From the NCBI GenBank assembly GCA_965287045.1, contig OZ336890.1, forward strand, positions 35,712,001-35,776,000: 64,000 nucleotides of DNA, read 5' to 3'. How positions within the stretch are numbered: position 1 is the first letter of the stretch; each line of letters opens with the position of its first letter. Under the pieces are notes generated by a model. That model ran no database searches. It saw only the letters and a program-made list of their open reading frames with translations, and was not told the DNA's origin. The position numbers and the translations under genes were made by a program. The stretch is from Carcharhinus amblyrhynchos. Its lineage: Eukaryota. Of the stretch, positions 13,553 to 28,094 are shown piece by piece.

Positions 13553-16500
13553 TAGGAAAGTCATCTGAATATTCATGAATAAATTTGACCAGATGATATA
13601 TTTTCTATCAATTTAATAATGGGAATGATTTTGTATTGGAATTAAAAATAACATCTGTACAATTCAGAATCTGCTCAAAGTTTGTAATTAATGTTTATGT
13701 GCGGCGCTAGCTTGAATATTAATACAAAATTTTCTCTGCCTTATTGGTCAACGGCCATTTGGTACAGAAAGGACATTTCTGAAACCCTTCCAAAATTTTC
13801 TCCCCTTATTCTAAGTCTCTGTTAAAGGGACATCCTTAGTGTAAAACTGGAGAGTTTTGTTTTAAATCCAATGACAGGAACGGGTAATTAGATGTTCCTT
13901 GCAAGAGGATCTGAACTTGTCAAACACTCCCCCAGGACTCTGAGACTGCAGTTTGGTTTCAGACAGAAGTACTGATAACACCCGGGGAAGGGTGCACACG
14001 TCTCTGCCGACTTGTTTTCTTTTCCTCTCGATGTTTTTGGCTAATGTTGATTTACTTTGCACTCAACCCAAGGAGCAACAACTGAGCTGGAAAACGGCGC
14101 AGCGCCGAACTGAGTGTAAAGTTTGCGACATTTCCAAACATTGGGTGGGAGAAATTCTGAGCACTTGGTTGGCTCCACTCATTTACCAAGTAAAACGGAC
14201 CCAGAACAAATAAATGAGAATCGATCCCCCGCTTAATATGCGCCAAGTTACCGTGTACTCAATGACCCAATGTCCTGCTCTAATGGAAATGTCGAAAATA
14301 CAGAAAAGTAATTTGTGCCCAATAGTAAAATCTATTGGAATCCGAACAAAATAATACACAGGCTCCAGGCTGGAAGGTGTGAAAACCTCTCTCGGCCCCT
14401 GATCAATTGTTTCGTTGATTCTGCTGGGATTTTATGACCCATTATTTGTCCATTTTTAAAGAGGCTTAAAATCATTGAAACGGCGGCACCACTTCTTCGG
14501 TTACATGTTCTCTTGGACGCCGTTAAACAAAATTCTTCCCTTCGGGTCAATTAAGTAAATAATCCATAAATCCATAAATATTTTTAAAAACAAATCGGAT
14601 TTTAACGACTTTTAAATTGTGCAATTCATCAAGACATTTTAGAAGGTTCCTATTCGCGCGTCACTGTGAGGACTGGGTAGAAGGATTATATACATATTTT
14701 AAAAGTCTCTGACATTTTTATTGCACTGCAGTCAAAAGCGGAGAGCACTGAAAACAAGAAACGTTCTCAAACTCCCCGCATATTTTGAAGGAAAGGAGTA
14801 TTTTATCAGGCAGAAAAACTTCACATCAAAGTCCTTCCCTCAAGGCAAGCATTTGTCTGAGAGAGAGACAGAGCAGAATAAACCCCCATCAGATTCGGCA
14901 GATCTCTGATTTTCACACCTTTTCTTATCTCTATTGGATTCATTTTTTCTCGAAAAGAATGAATCAAAGGCACGGGACTTTTCATTATCAGGTGAAATTA
15001 AACCAGCTCTCCCTTGATGTTTTTTTGAGAAGACGGTCGAGTCTGCGATTTGATTTAAAGATTGGGGCCATTACAAGAAGGATGCCTCACTCCCACTCGG
15101 GTGGGGAGGGGAATAAAAGTGCAACTCTTTCTGTACAAATCAGTACACCTCTCATCCCCTTCACCCCGAAGGTTTAAAGCAAACCTACATGGTATAAATG
15201 TGTCAGAAAGGGAACATGGACAGTGCATTCAATTTGATTCCTGTCTCTCGTCCATCCCCATACAACCATCGGGCCGACGGAAGGGAAAGAAAATTTAAAA
15301 AAAAATTGTGGAGAGGATTAGTCCTCACTAAATACAAGTAAATTTCCAGTAATTATTGTCAACCATCTGATCAGAAGACGTCGAGAGTCATTGACTGAGC
15401 CGGTTCTGAAAGGTTGGTGTTTAAGTGTCTAACTGGTTACATCGATGAGATCTGAACTCTTCCGAAGTTTGGTGGGGGTGAGGCATCTAAAGTAGTGAGA
15501 AGGATAGCTGCCCTTTTTCAAACTGCGGATTAGATGTTAGGTGAGGCGCCAGGGTGCCTTCCTGTGTCCGAGTGTGGGTTGAAAGCCAAGAGAGGGACAT
15601 CCCCAAGTTACACCCATCATTCGGACGTCCCATCAACTGCAGCGGGACCCCGACAGCTCAGCGAGCAAAGTGGATCACTGGAGTGATCTTCAGCCGCTGG
15701 CCTGTGAAACAGGGCTGGGGGAGCAGAGCTCTCCTGTGAAGACTGCATTCCCAGGAAAACGGCGGCGGCTTTCCCCAGAAAGGGCAAAAAAACCTCCTGT
15801 TTCTCTGCATCGCGATTTATTCCCAGGACTTGAATTACCGAGCCCTTTTCCTGGCTTGAGCTAAAGAGTCCGCTGGCTTTCACCTTTTGAACCGACACAG
15901 TATCCTTTTTTTCCTGGCCCACTATGGAGATCTATAAAAATAAAAGCAAACTGCCCTCGGCTCCCTACAGTTTGAGCCTAATGAGTTTTGCACCATAATT
16001 CATTTTAATGATCTTTCTTTCGCCTTTGCCACCCACCCCATTGAGGCTGAAGTCACTCCCCGTGTACACTGAAAGGGTGATCATTCCAGCTCAACCTGGA
16101 CTCAAACTCCCCACCGGAGAAAGCTCAAAAATTAAGCAGTTACTAATCTCTCATCCATTGTGTAGTAAGTCGTGAGACTTCTCATATAAAACACACGCTG
16201 ACATACCACAAGTCCAATTCTGATTTCAGACCAGGGTTTGCAGTGGAGTTTAGGGTCTAAACTGCTTAAGGGGTGATGGTGGAGTTGGTGAAATACCTTC
16301 TCCGCTAATGGCAAGCGGCAGGGTATCCACAATAACTTTTGTATCATTTCGCACACATTTTCTCTTCCAGCTGTGACGCCATTCGGGTATAAAGTATCTA
16401 ACCCCGCAAGACGGGCTGTCTATGAGTCAATTCGAAGGTTAGGAGTGTACATTTACGGGAGCTTTGTGAAACTGAGACAGTGAAAATAATACACGCACAC

Positions 16501-17124
16501 ATGTGCTAGATTTTACACACATACTATATTATATATTCCACTCAGGTCAATTCCTGCCCCCCTCCCGCCCCATGATTAAAATGCAAGCCTTTCTTCCGAG
16601 AGTAGGGATATAAAAATCCCAAGCACGGTAAATGTGGTGTGGGGGGGATCTAGTTCAGATTCATTACATGGAGTAGAAGAATCAGCTAGCCATTGTTTTA
16701 TTGTTTAAATCCGGTCTCTGCTTAACTGCTGAGCACAAGGTGCTAAAATATGTCGGCTTCAACTCATTCCGTTTTCTTCAGGGCTGGAAGGGGTATTGAG
16801 GCTGAGTGAGGTGGGGGGGGGGGAGGGTACCCAGAGATTTGGTTGGATAGAGGGAAGATTCCGCCTGTTGGAGTTGGAGGGGGGAGGGGAGAGAGAGAGA
16901 GAGTGGTGTCCCAAACCCTTTGGACATACGCTGTTGCTTTCACAGGGAGCTCCCAACAGCCTCAGTGTAAAATGTAAATGTCTAAAAGTCTAATTCCAGT
17001 TCCCAGTAGGAATCCCCCCCAAAATTGGACAGGAATGCAGGGTAACTCATTGATAAGAAGGTTGGATCAGCCCCCAGTGTTTCAGCATCACCCTCTCCTC
17101 TCCCAGTGCAGCAGCCGACACTTA

Positions 17125-18120
<996 letters not shown>

Positions 18121-18139
18121 TGTGGGAGAGAAACATCCA

Positions 18140-19130
18140 CCTGGCGCTCCATCCCTCCACCTTCAGCTGCCCCCTTGCTTTGCACCCTCCCCATCCCCCT
18201 CCCATCCGCACCCCTACTCCCTCCCACTCCAATCCCCCAACTCTTACACCCCCCACTTCCTCAACCACCCCTCCTGAGCCCCAATCCCTCTCCCATCCCC
18301 CTCCCACCCCCATCCCCTCTCACTCCAACCCTCCCCTCTCCTTCCCCAACCATTCCCCGAGCCCCAACTTCTCTCCCATCCCCTCCCACCCGCACACAGA
18401 CCCCCTCCCGCCCGCACCCCCACCCCCTCCCACCCCCACCCCCAACCCCTCCAATCCCCCATCTCTTACACCCCCACATTCTCAACCACCCTTCCTGAGC
18501 CCCAACCCCTCTCCCATCCCCCTCCCACCCGCACCCCCTCCCCTCCCACCCCCATCCCCTCCCACTCCAACCCTCCCCTCCCACTCCAACCCTCCCCTCT
18601 CCTATACCCCCACTTCCTCCTTCCCCAACCATTCCCTGAGCCCCAACTTCTCTCCCATCCCCTCCCACCCCCCTCCGATCCCCTCCCACCCCCCCTCCCA
18701 CCCGCACCCCCACCCCCTCCCACCCGCACACCCACCCCCTCCCACCTTACCCCTATCTCCCACACCCCCACTCCCTCCTTCTCCAACCATCCCTCCTGAG
18801 CCCTAACCCCTCTCCCACGCCGAGCTCTCCTCCCCACCCCCTCCCTCCCTTCCCTCCCAATCCCCTTTATTTCCCTCCCTCCCTACCCCCAGTCCCCAAC
18901 CCCCAGCCTCCCTCTCCATTCCACCCTCCTCCCCAACCCCTTCCCCACCACCCGCCCCCTCCCCATCTCCATCCCACCCTCCTCCTCACCCCCTCCCCAA
19001 CCCCCCTCCCACTGCTCCCTCCCTACCCCCCCAGGCCCCATCTCCCTCCCCTCCACCCCCCCAAACTCCAACCCCCCCCACCTCTCCCATCCCCCAACCT
19101 CCTCCCAATCTTAACTGCCCCCCCACCCTT
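18140..19130. repeat. About 1 kb C-rich low-complexity, degenerate tandem repeat
   Basis: Almost G-free on the + strand. GAGCCC(C/T)AA recurs near 18275, 18360, 18496, 18638 and 18798. The block CCTTCCCCAACCATTCCC..GAGCCCCAACTTCTCTCCCATCCCCTCCCACC occurs at about 18340 and 18619. Confidence 0.9.
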
Positions 19131-20084
19131 AAACAACCCCTCCTCCCAGTCTCAGAACCCACCCGTCACTTATAAATTGCTAAAATAATTCTGGGGTTTT
19201 TTTTGGTCCAGTTTAACCCATGAAAAACCAGACCTCTGCCAGCCCCATTGCTGGGGATGATGGAGTCTCCTTCTGAAAGGTCATTTTTGTTTTACCCGGA
19301 GACGGGACCCTTTCTAATCGTGTGGAACTGGGGTGGGGTGGGATGGGATGGGGTGGGATGGGGGCTTCTTAGAGTTCAGTCTCGCCCCACCTCGGGCATC
19401 GATGTGGACAGCGCGGTGGAAAGAGTGGCGCGGTTATAAATGCAAATAGACTGGGTAATCGGGATGTTACAGAGAAATAAAACGGGTTATACAATTCTTT
19501 CTGGTGACCCCATCAGAAGGACCTCTGATAACCGCCACCTAGTGATGGTGTGGAAGACGAAGGGGGTGGGGGGAGCGCGGTGGGGGGGTGCTTAAAAGTT
19601 CTTAAAACGAACCAACAAGAACAAGAAACAACATTAATTAAAACAACATTGCTGCACATTATCGTATAACGGGAGGCTCTCATCATCAGTGCCGCCTTTA
19701 TTCGAATGTCCCTATTACTGAATCATAGCGTGCACAGTGTATGTAATATTGAAGCAGAGCTTGATGTAAGTTTTGATATCAATTATCGTTCTGGAGCCGT
19801 GAAAACCAGGGTTAGCCCCAGTGGTATTTTGGGACAACAATTTCGCAGCAAAAATGCACAGGTTTCGAAGTGAATTACAATGTGGGGAGTTGCATCAATA
19901 TACTAAACTGCATTGTTAGAAGTAAAATCGTGTAACAAATAACCTGTCAAATTGAGGCAGATTTACTAAGTTTCCGTATGAAGTCCTGTGCTTTAGTTTA
20001 CAAGTATTTCGATTGGACTCAGTTACAAAAGAGATAAACGCTTTTCGTATTGTCATTAACGTCTGGATTGTTTCATTCTCTCCA

Positions 20085-20217
20085 TGATTTGATTTGATTT
20101 ATTAGTGTTACATATACTGGGATACAGTGAAAAGTATTGTTTCTTGCGCGCTATATAGCAGACAAGACATACCGTTCATAGAGCACACAGGGGAGAAGGA
20201 AAGGGTGGTGCAGAATA
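20085..20217 (-). mobile_element. Rex1/Babar-like LINE 3' end
   Basis: Reverse-complement match to 28200-28312, with an (AAATC)n tail. Confidence 0.7.
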
Positions 20218-20339
20218 ATTGATGTTAAAAAGCAGCGCCGTCTCTATCTTGCAATCGTTAAGTGCCTTCCAACTCTCTTTTTAAAAATACATTAAATTTA
20301 ATATATTTTCATGTACAGAGGGGTTTTCATTTCAAAAGC

Positions 20340-20420
20340 TTTGAGGAAGGGCTCGAAATATTAACTCTGTTTTCTCTCTCCACAGTTGCTGGGTCTCGCC
20401 AGCATTCGCGGTTTCTATTT
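20340..20420 (+). repeat. Degenerate Penelope-like terminal-repeat fragment
   Basis: tgaggaagggctcgaaatattaactctgttttctctctccacagttgctg...ccagcatt resembles, from recall, a common elasmobranch short repeat with a decayed CTGANGA...GAAAC core. Confidence 0.45.
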
Positions 20421-22189
20421 GTAGTAGAAATAGATGCTTCTATTTCCTGATAGGGGCTGGGGGTGGGGGTGAACCGAATCGCAGTTTCGCGAAGCTGAAC
20501 CCTTGGAAACGTGTCTTTTGTTAAAAGTTCACCAAGCCCGGTGCGTGGTTCCGTTACACTTTTCGAGCTGTTTCTCCGCGGATTGCTTTCACTGAAGATT
20601 TAGCTTTTACTTCCAGCTTTTCAAAACTTTTAACACCGACCCCGCAACCTGCAGAGCGCCTTTCCTTGACTCGCTGACCGACTGAAGCCGCAGTTGTAAC
20701 TTCTTCCTACTTTTTATACCGTCCACGGTTGGTTTAAAAAAAACGTTCGAAATTGCGGGGAAATGAATAGTTCTAAATGAAATAAACACTTGTTTCAAAG
20801 TGATTTTTGAAAGCGGAATGCGATCACTCAAATTGGCCGCCTCTGACCAAAGAAATGTGCTCTTATTTCTATTGAGGAGTTTTTACATTCAACAACAGGC
20901 ACTTTGTTAAAGTTACTATTTCGTCTAAAACAATGGTCAGAAACAGGTTTGTTGTTTAGTATAACGATGGGGGGGCGGGAAGGGGGAGATGGAATTTATG
21001 AAAAGGTTACTATCATTCTTGGGCTCCAGAATAGAAAAGTAACCCACACCCAGGAGGCGATTGATGATAGATGACTACCGTTCCCCTGTCACTCGGGATG
21101 TCTGCTTGGGGGGCAGAATATTCATCTGACTGTACCTCTGTCCCGTCCCGCCTCTAATAGGCGTGCAGTGAAATCTACATGGAAACGCAGGCAGGAACAT
21201 TCCCCGCGCTGCCTTCTCTCCCACCGTCTCATTCCCTTTCCTAATGAATTTAACTCATTGCCCTCTTGTTCTGCGGATCAGGCGCGGGGTGCACGGAAAT
21301 CCCCACTCGGCTTCATTTGTAATTCATGGAAACCCAGTCGCGGGTGAGGCAGCGAAGCCGGACGCTTGGACACGCGTGACTAACACATCCCGGGGACCGG
21401 CGATTCTCGGTCAAGTATAAACCGCGGCGAGGGCACGCTCACGCGGCGTGTGGCGACTCTTTTCTCGGGAACTGTCACATTCCACAATCATTTCATTCTC
21501 GCAAGCATCTTTCACTTAACTGGGTGAACGCCAGACTAGAACCAAGCGATTGGAGCTTCTCAATTATAGCAGCGGATGGAAAGTTTGTCAGAATGTTTGT
21601 CAAGTGGATTCGGGAATGATTGGTAGCTCTGAGTCTACGGGACAAATTGCTTTTTCCCTCCACAATAATCAACGATTAAATTAACCCGACATTTTCTGTA
21701 ATTGATGCTTGCAGTTGCAACAAAACGAGGGAGACACCAATGTTGTTCCGCTGGTCCCCTGAGGCGAAAGGTTTGTCATCCTCGATGTTGCGTTTGCTAT
21801 TTTATGAAACCTCACCCTCCCCACGCCCCACCTCACCCCCGCCCCACGCCGAGGCGATGAGGGTGTTTGAGGATTGCCCTTTGTTGAGACCTCTCTCCAT
21901 CTCACGCCACAGACAATTTAGCAAAAGTCTTGAACTCCTGTCAACTTACAAGCCAGTGTCTAAACGCCTTCATTCGTTACAATTTCCTGTCAACAGCAGT
22001 TCATCTGTTTTTTGAGGGGATAAAAGTTAGCAGAATACCAAATGTTGCAAATCTTGGTCAATTATATTTAGAGCCGCGACACAAAGCGGTTGAATATGTT
22101 GCAATTCTGAATATGTGTGCGTGAGGAGAGAACTCTATTTGTTTGTGTGGCTCTTTACTTGTGTTTTGCTGTATGTTGTCTGACCGCCT

Positions 22190-22552
22190 GTGTATGTGGG
22201 AGAGAGAAAATGTGTGTGTATGAGTGAATGTGTGTGTAAATGTATCTGTAAGAGTGTGAACTTGTGTGAATGTGCGTATAAGTGTGTGTATAAGTTTGCA
22301 AGTGTGTATAAGTGTGTAAATGTGTGTGTGTGTAAGCGTGTGTAAGTATATGTGTATAAGCATGTCTGCAAATGTTTGTGTAAGTAAGTGTATGTGTGTG
22401 AGGGTAAATGAGTGTATGCGTGTAAATGTGTGTGTGCAAGTGTGTGCATAAGTGTGTAAATGTTAATGTGTGTGCGTGAGTATAAATGTGCGTGTAAGTG
22501 CATATATAATTGTGTAAGTGTGTGAATGTCAGTGTATGTGTATGTCTGTCTG
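22190..22552. repeat. Degenerate (TG)n / TGTGTAA microsatellite
   Basis: About 360 bp of interrupted TG dinucleotides, which produce the His/Thr-rich spurious ORFs. Confidence 0.9.
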
Positions 22553-25079
22553 TACATTAGAGACGGGAGGATGTAAAATGGATTCAATTTAAGCTCTCCC
22601 TGACATCCAGGGAAGCGTTACATCGATTCATTTTGCCCTGTACATTATGTTAGGGAGTCACGGAAACTTTTATCAACTCCATGCCTCCTCCCCCCAGTTA
22701 AGTGAGGATCAGGCGACCGAAACCATTAGACTACAGACATGGCTGGGTGAAGCCAGTTTAAATTCTACCTTTATCTGGAGCTGGCAAACCAGACTGAGAG
22801 AATAGGATGAAATATTGATAATCTCAGGGTCAGCCTAAATTCGAGCACTGGGCGATTCTATGCGCCCTATGGAAGACCCTGAGATGGGTTTTGATATTGA
22901 CAGCATAATAACCTAAAGAATAAGATATACAAAACCCTGCCTGGCGTACACGGTGTCATGTTCATTGCGGAACACAGTCCCCCCGGTGAAGTGGAATAAA
23001 ACTTGAAGTGTTTCACTCGTTTGAATGCGGGCGGTCATTTGTTTAAAACGGTGGACGCTATTGAGATGAATAAAAGTGCAAATGTGTCCTGACAGATGAA
23101 GCAGCGAGGCAATCAAGGATCGGTTAATTACCCTCAGTTGGGAAGGAGTTTCATATCTCGAAGGTTCACAAGTACAAACCGCGTTACGTGCGCTGAGGTG
23201 GTGCGATAGTGTTTCAGGTTGGAGGTGGGGAGTGCATTGGTGTGCAACTTCTAATTGTAATAAAACACACGTGGCAAAATCAATCACCTTAACATGAAAC
23301 AAGAGAGACAGAAGTTATTTTGTTTCCTTCAGTTGAAATGATGAACTACCTGCTTTTGGGGGGAATGGGGGGGGGGTGATATTTATAAGGAGTTAAAAAT
23401 ATTTCTCCCTGTTCAATATCAGAGAGGAATATCACTTCAGCAAAACTTGTCCTTTACACATTTCACTTCTTTTTTCTCTGGGAAGTATTAACATTCAGGA
23501 AGAAAGAAGATTAAGTTTCAGTTTCCGGAGTTTGCTGTCAGACGATTGTTTATATGTTTTAAATAGTTCAGCGGCCAGAGGTTTAAACGCAATGTCTAAA
23601 ATCGGCGTGAAGGGTCTTTGTAACCTGTCCGGGATGTGGTCAGGAACCATTACCAAAAAAAAACTACCCCATTTCCAAAATTCCCCAAACACTCGTCTGT
23701 CTTTCTGTGTTCCTCTGGATAGATCCATTATTCCTTACAAACTCGACATCCATTCTAAGCCTGAAATATGAAGTGCCGGTGAATGGTCGGGGTAATATTT
23801 AATATCCTGCGAGGTAGCCTCCCCCCCTTTTTTTCCCAGACAAATGAACTACAACCCAACCAAATGGTTCACATCTGTTTGGGCGCTTCTTCTGTGTTTG
23901 CAAATTAGCATTAAAATATGGGTAAACAATACGGGAAAGCCGTTTCTAGATCACAGGACACAGACAATGATTACTGGACTAAGAGCCGTGCCAAAAGCAT
24001 CTGACATGGTCCCACCAGATGTTTTTACATCTCTTATAGCTTCCTTCCTCTGAAAAAAAATCTACACGCACACACACATAAACACACAAACTTCTGAGTT
24101 TGGATTTTTCTTAATGAAGTGAGCAAACGCCACCCAAGTCCAGTTTGGTTTCTTATCATTCATCCTTCTCATTCCTTTTTCATATATATATATTATACAC
24201 ACATATTTCTAAACGGTCTAATGTTGAATGGTTAATCCAGCTTTGTGTTTGTATCCTCTATTATATGCTAGAAGTTTTCCCACAGAGAGCAAAGTGAATC
24301 TAACAACCCGAACACACACATTTCACAAGTCAGGTCGGCTATGGTGGATCATATCAGTGCAGGCTGTCTAATAAATGTTTACATTGTCTCCCTGCCAATG
24401 GGCTAAATTAAATGGAATTCAGCTGAAAATTGATCAAGTGGTGGCCCAGTATCCCAAGAAATGTCACGCTTGGGCTCCAATTCCTATAAATTGCTGATAA
24501 GGCTAGCTCGCTTTCAAGTCTCCGTGCTCGCTTAGTCTTCCAGTTCAGAATTAAAACAAAAGCTTGAACGAAATCTCTATTTCCCACACGAAAAGAAGAA
24601 AGGCCATTCATTTCTGAAATGCGCTCGGGCATCTGGCATCCGTGTGCTGGCCATTAAAAGGGGTGATCTGGCAACTTTCCACGTTTGGATCAAGGCACCC
24701 TATTTATTTTGACCGTCGAGTTCTGTCCTTCCTTTTACACCCGGGATCCACCCGATTGTGTAGACCACCCCGCGGCTGCTAGATTCAGTATTTCTGGTTG
24801 CTGAGATTATTCTGTCAACTGTAATGTGGAGGGTGCCGAGAAATGAAAGTGAGAGTGAGTGCAGGCTGGATAGATATGTTGCGATTAGACTGAAAACTCC
24901 ACGTGATAATAGACTGGGTATCTGGTAGTGGAATGTTGATCATTGGTCACCTTCGTATCAACTCTACCGACCGTGTGACACCAATTTTCTAAATGACCAG
25001 ATTGGCGGTAAGCAGTGTCTATTCTTATCCATTTCTTTTATGAACGTTCTTCAAATTCACAGATAATAAACTGTACAAA

Positions 25080-25905
25080 ACAAAGACTTGCATTTATGAG
25101 TGACTTAATTATACTCTCATAATTTAAACTCTCCTACGGTATTCACATAGAAAGTACTTGCATTATGTTGTGCTTTATAGGACCTCAAAATGTCCAAAGG
25201 TCTCTGTAATGTCGGAAGAATAGCAACCAATTTACACACAGCAAGCTCCCACAGGCAGCTGTGTGATAAGCGGATTATCTGTTCGTTATAATTACAATCA
25301 TTTAATTGTACATTACCAATCAAATCGATCATGGGTGACAAACTCTTCAGTTGCCACGCTCCAAGTTGTGAAATTCCTTCCTCAGACCTCTCAAACTCTC
25401 TTTCCTCTTTTAAGAATCTCTGAAACTCACTAAGCTTTTGTTCATCTGACTTTTATATTGTTGGGTGCCCTACTTTCTTTAACAATGCTCTCCCGAAGCG
25501 ACTTTGTGATAAAGGCGCTTGGTAAATATGAAGTTATTGCCAAGGAATAAATATTGGGGGCGGGGGGAGTGTTAGGGCTGGAACTCACCATTGATTCTTT
25601 GGCGGGGTTTTTTTTAACATCGACCTGGGATTTCATTTTCATTCATTAGCAGAACGTGGGTGTTGCTGGCAAGGTCAGCACTTATTGCTCACCCCCTAAT
25701 TGTCCTCCAGAAGGTGGCGGTGAGCTGCCTTCTTGAACCGCTTAATAGCAGACAGGGTTTACGGTTTACATGTCACTCGAAAGATGACATTTCAGACAAT
25801 GCGGCACCCTGTCAGTACTGCAGTGAAGTGCCAGCCTGGACTATGGGCCCAAGGTGGGAATTGAACCACACAGAGGCGAGAGGGCGAGAAGCAGAGGCAC
25901 TACTA
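25080..25905. mobile_element. Cluster of old fragments: DeuSINE-like (about 25080-25290 and 25755-25905, -), L2-like 3' end (about 25320-25540, +), L2-tail fragment (about 25640-25740, -)
   Basis: ccaatttacacacagcaagctcccacaggcagc and gaaagatgacatttcagacaatgcggcaccctgtcagtactgcagtg match the 46840-47233 element. aaaggcgcttggtaaatatgaagtt is an L2-type tail. Confidence 0.55.
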
Positions 25906-28094
25906 AAACCTCCACTTCACAAACTAAATGCAAAATATCGGTTAACTATGATCTGAATTAATTCTTTTATTTAAAAGAAAACAAATCTTTCATTAACACT
26001 AAGCTTTTTCTCGCCCGTGCCACACTATTGGCCGCTGAATGATTAAATGAATGATTAGAATGTGCAACCAGTATAGATAAAGTCAATTTTCCAAAGGCTT
26101 CTTTAAGGAAAATCGAATATTAAAGCAAAAGTGATTGTTTTGAAAGAGGGACAGCCACTGGTCACTTCATAATGACCAACTACTACCGGAACCAAAAACT
26201 ATACGAAGCTTATAGACTCACAGAATACCTACAATGCAGTTCCCCCCTTCAAAATTCTTGGCAAGAGATAATGTCGCTGAAAACGGGAAATAGTCTGTTC
26301 AGAAATATTAACTGCAATGCAGAAGTGTAATTGTAAATTGTTTTAGTGTTTTTTTTGTGTGTGGCCATGTGTACAATTATTGTGTGTGAAAGGGACAAAA
26401 CCACTGCAGGCGCCCTAAGTGTTAGGAACAAGGACATAACTTCTTCAGTGGCACAGTCCTCCCTCAACAAAAGGAATCGAAACCCAATAACCAAATTAAA
26501 CAACAGTCTATTAGTAGAAAGGTTATAGATGGAAGGAGAGTTGTTTCACTGCTACAATTACAGATTGGAGGGGGCAGCAAAGTTCGCTTTTCGCTGCCTT
26601 TAATCACCAGTCAGATTTATACAGTTGAAAAGAAAATCATAATTACCTGATTAGTCGGTAAACTTCAAGACCGTTGTTTATATCGTGTTAACCTTTCAGA
26701 CAACCAGCCTTCTTTCGACGCACAGCGCCAACTCTGCGAGTTTTCCTCATTCACACACTTCCTGGGGGAAAAAAAAGTAATTCCTGTGAACAGTTAGACG
26801 CGTCGTTGGGGAGGTTTAATCGAGTTGCCTTGTATCAAGTCTTACAGCTTTGCTGTAATCTTCCCGAATTTAAACCACACCGAACAGTGCACCTGTGGGT
26901 TAAAATGCTGCACCGTCAATCATATATTCCGGAGATTAGAACATTCTCCCGTCCTTTTCTCGTTTTGCAGAAACGCCGAGAAACGGGTGATTGGTGAAAT
27001 AAAGCCGCCCTGAGCCAGCTGCCAGCAGCCCTTTGCACTGGCCTTTAGCCAGCTGTACAAAAAAAAACCTAAAACCCAATGAATCTTAATTGTTGCTGAC
27101 CTTCAACCTGAAGAGAGCTTTAATTTGGTTTTAATTACCCTACCGCAACTCCTCCAAGTATAATCCACACTGCGCGTCAAATGAATCAATTCTTACCGGA
27201 TTCATGTGCATATTCGGTTGAAATGAGCTCTTGACTTTCTGGTAAAAGACTGGGAATGATCAGGGGGGCGCATTCAGTTATCCTTCCTGTCTTTGCAACT
27301 CGAAACTTGTCGGGGATAGGGTATTCATTTAATAAGATTGGTCCACTCCGCTGTGAAGGGTATCTACACTGACTCGGGCGATGTCTTAGCAAATGCAACT
27401 GGTAAAAGTGAAAATGCATCAAACTGCCCTCGTTCATGCTTCCAAAAACCAGGCTGTCTGAATTTATGGAATGTCCTCCAACAACAGCCTTCCTAAAGAA
27501 TTTCCTGGTGGCAAAATCAGAATCCAGGTGTGGAAACGTTTCCGCCTGTGGAGAGACCCCAAACCGGAGGCGAGAATATAACATAGCTAGCAACAAATTT
27601 TAACAGTGAATCCAGGAGAATCTTCTTTAATTATAGAATGCTGATGATGGGGAATTAGTTGTCACAAAGAGCGGCTGAAGCAGAGATGGATTGAAGGCAA
27701 AGTTGGACAAGTAAGTATATGAGGGAGAAAGAAAGTAGTGAGGAGGTATGTTGATCGGGTGAGATGCAAGAAGGTGGGACAAGGTTCTAGTGGAGCATAA
27801 CACAGTGCAAGGGACCTGCTGGAGCCGATGACATGTTACTGTACTGTCAATTTGATGTCCATATCATTCGATTTATTTTAAAATGACAAGAAACTAAAGG
27901 AGGAACTAGGATGAGTGGATTAATATTTTGGATCAAATAGGTTCCAAGGAGGAGAGAGTTGAGAGCTTCAGATTGGAATTCCAGAGCTCAGCACCCGCCC
28001 ATTCGCCAGTAGTGAATAAAGGAAGTTAGGGACACGCGGGAGATCAATGATGAATTCATAAGGCGTTTCAGGACTGCCAGATACAAAAGTCTGA

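Noticed and set aside
1-17120. Second coding exon of HS3ST3B1
   Set aside because: No ORF with the expected sulfotransferase continuation (e.g. MPRTLDGQITMEKTPSYF) appears in the track, so it must lie beyond the left edge.
22058-22587. His/Thr/Tyr-rich ORFs
   Set aside because: Translations of the degenerate TG microsatellite.
27186-27596. 136-aa minus-strand ORF
   Set aside because: No recognisable motif, a non-ATG start and no convincing exon context. Its length is compatible with chance.
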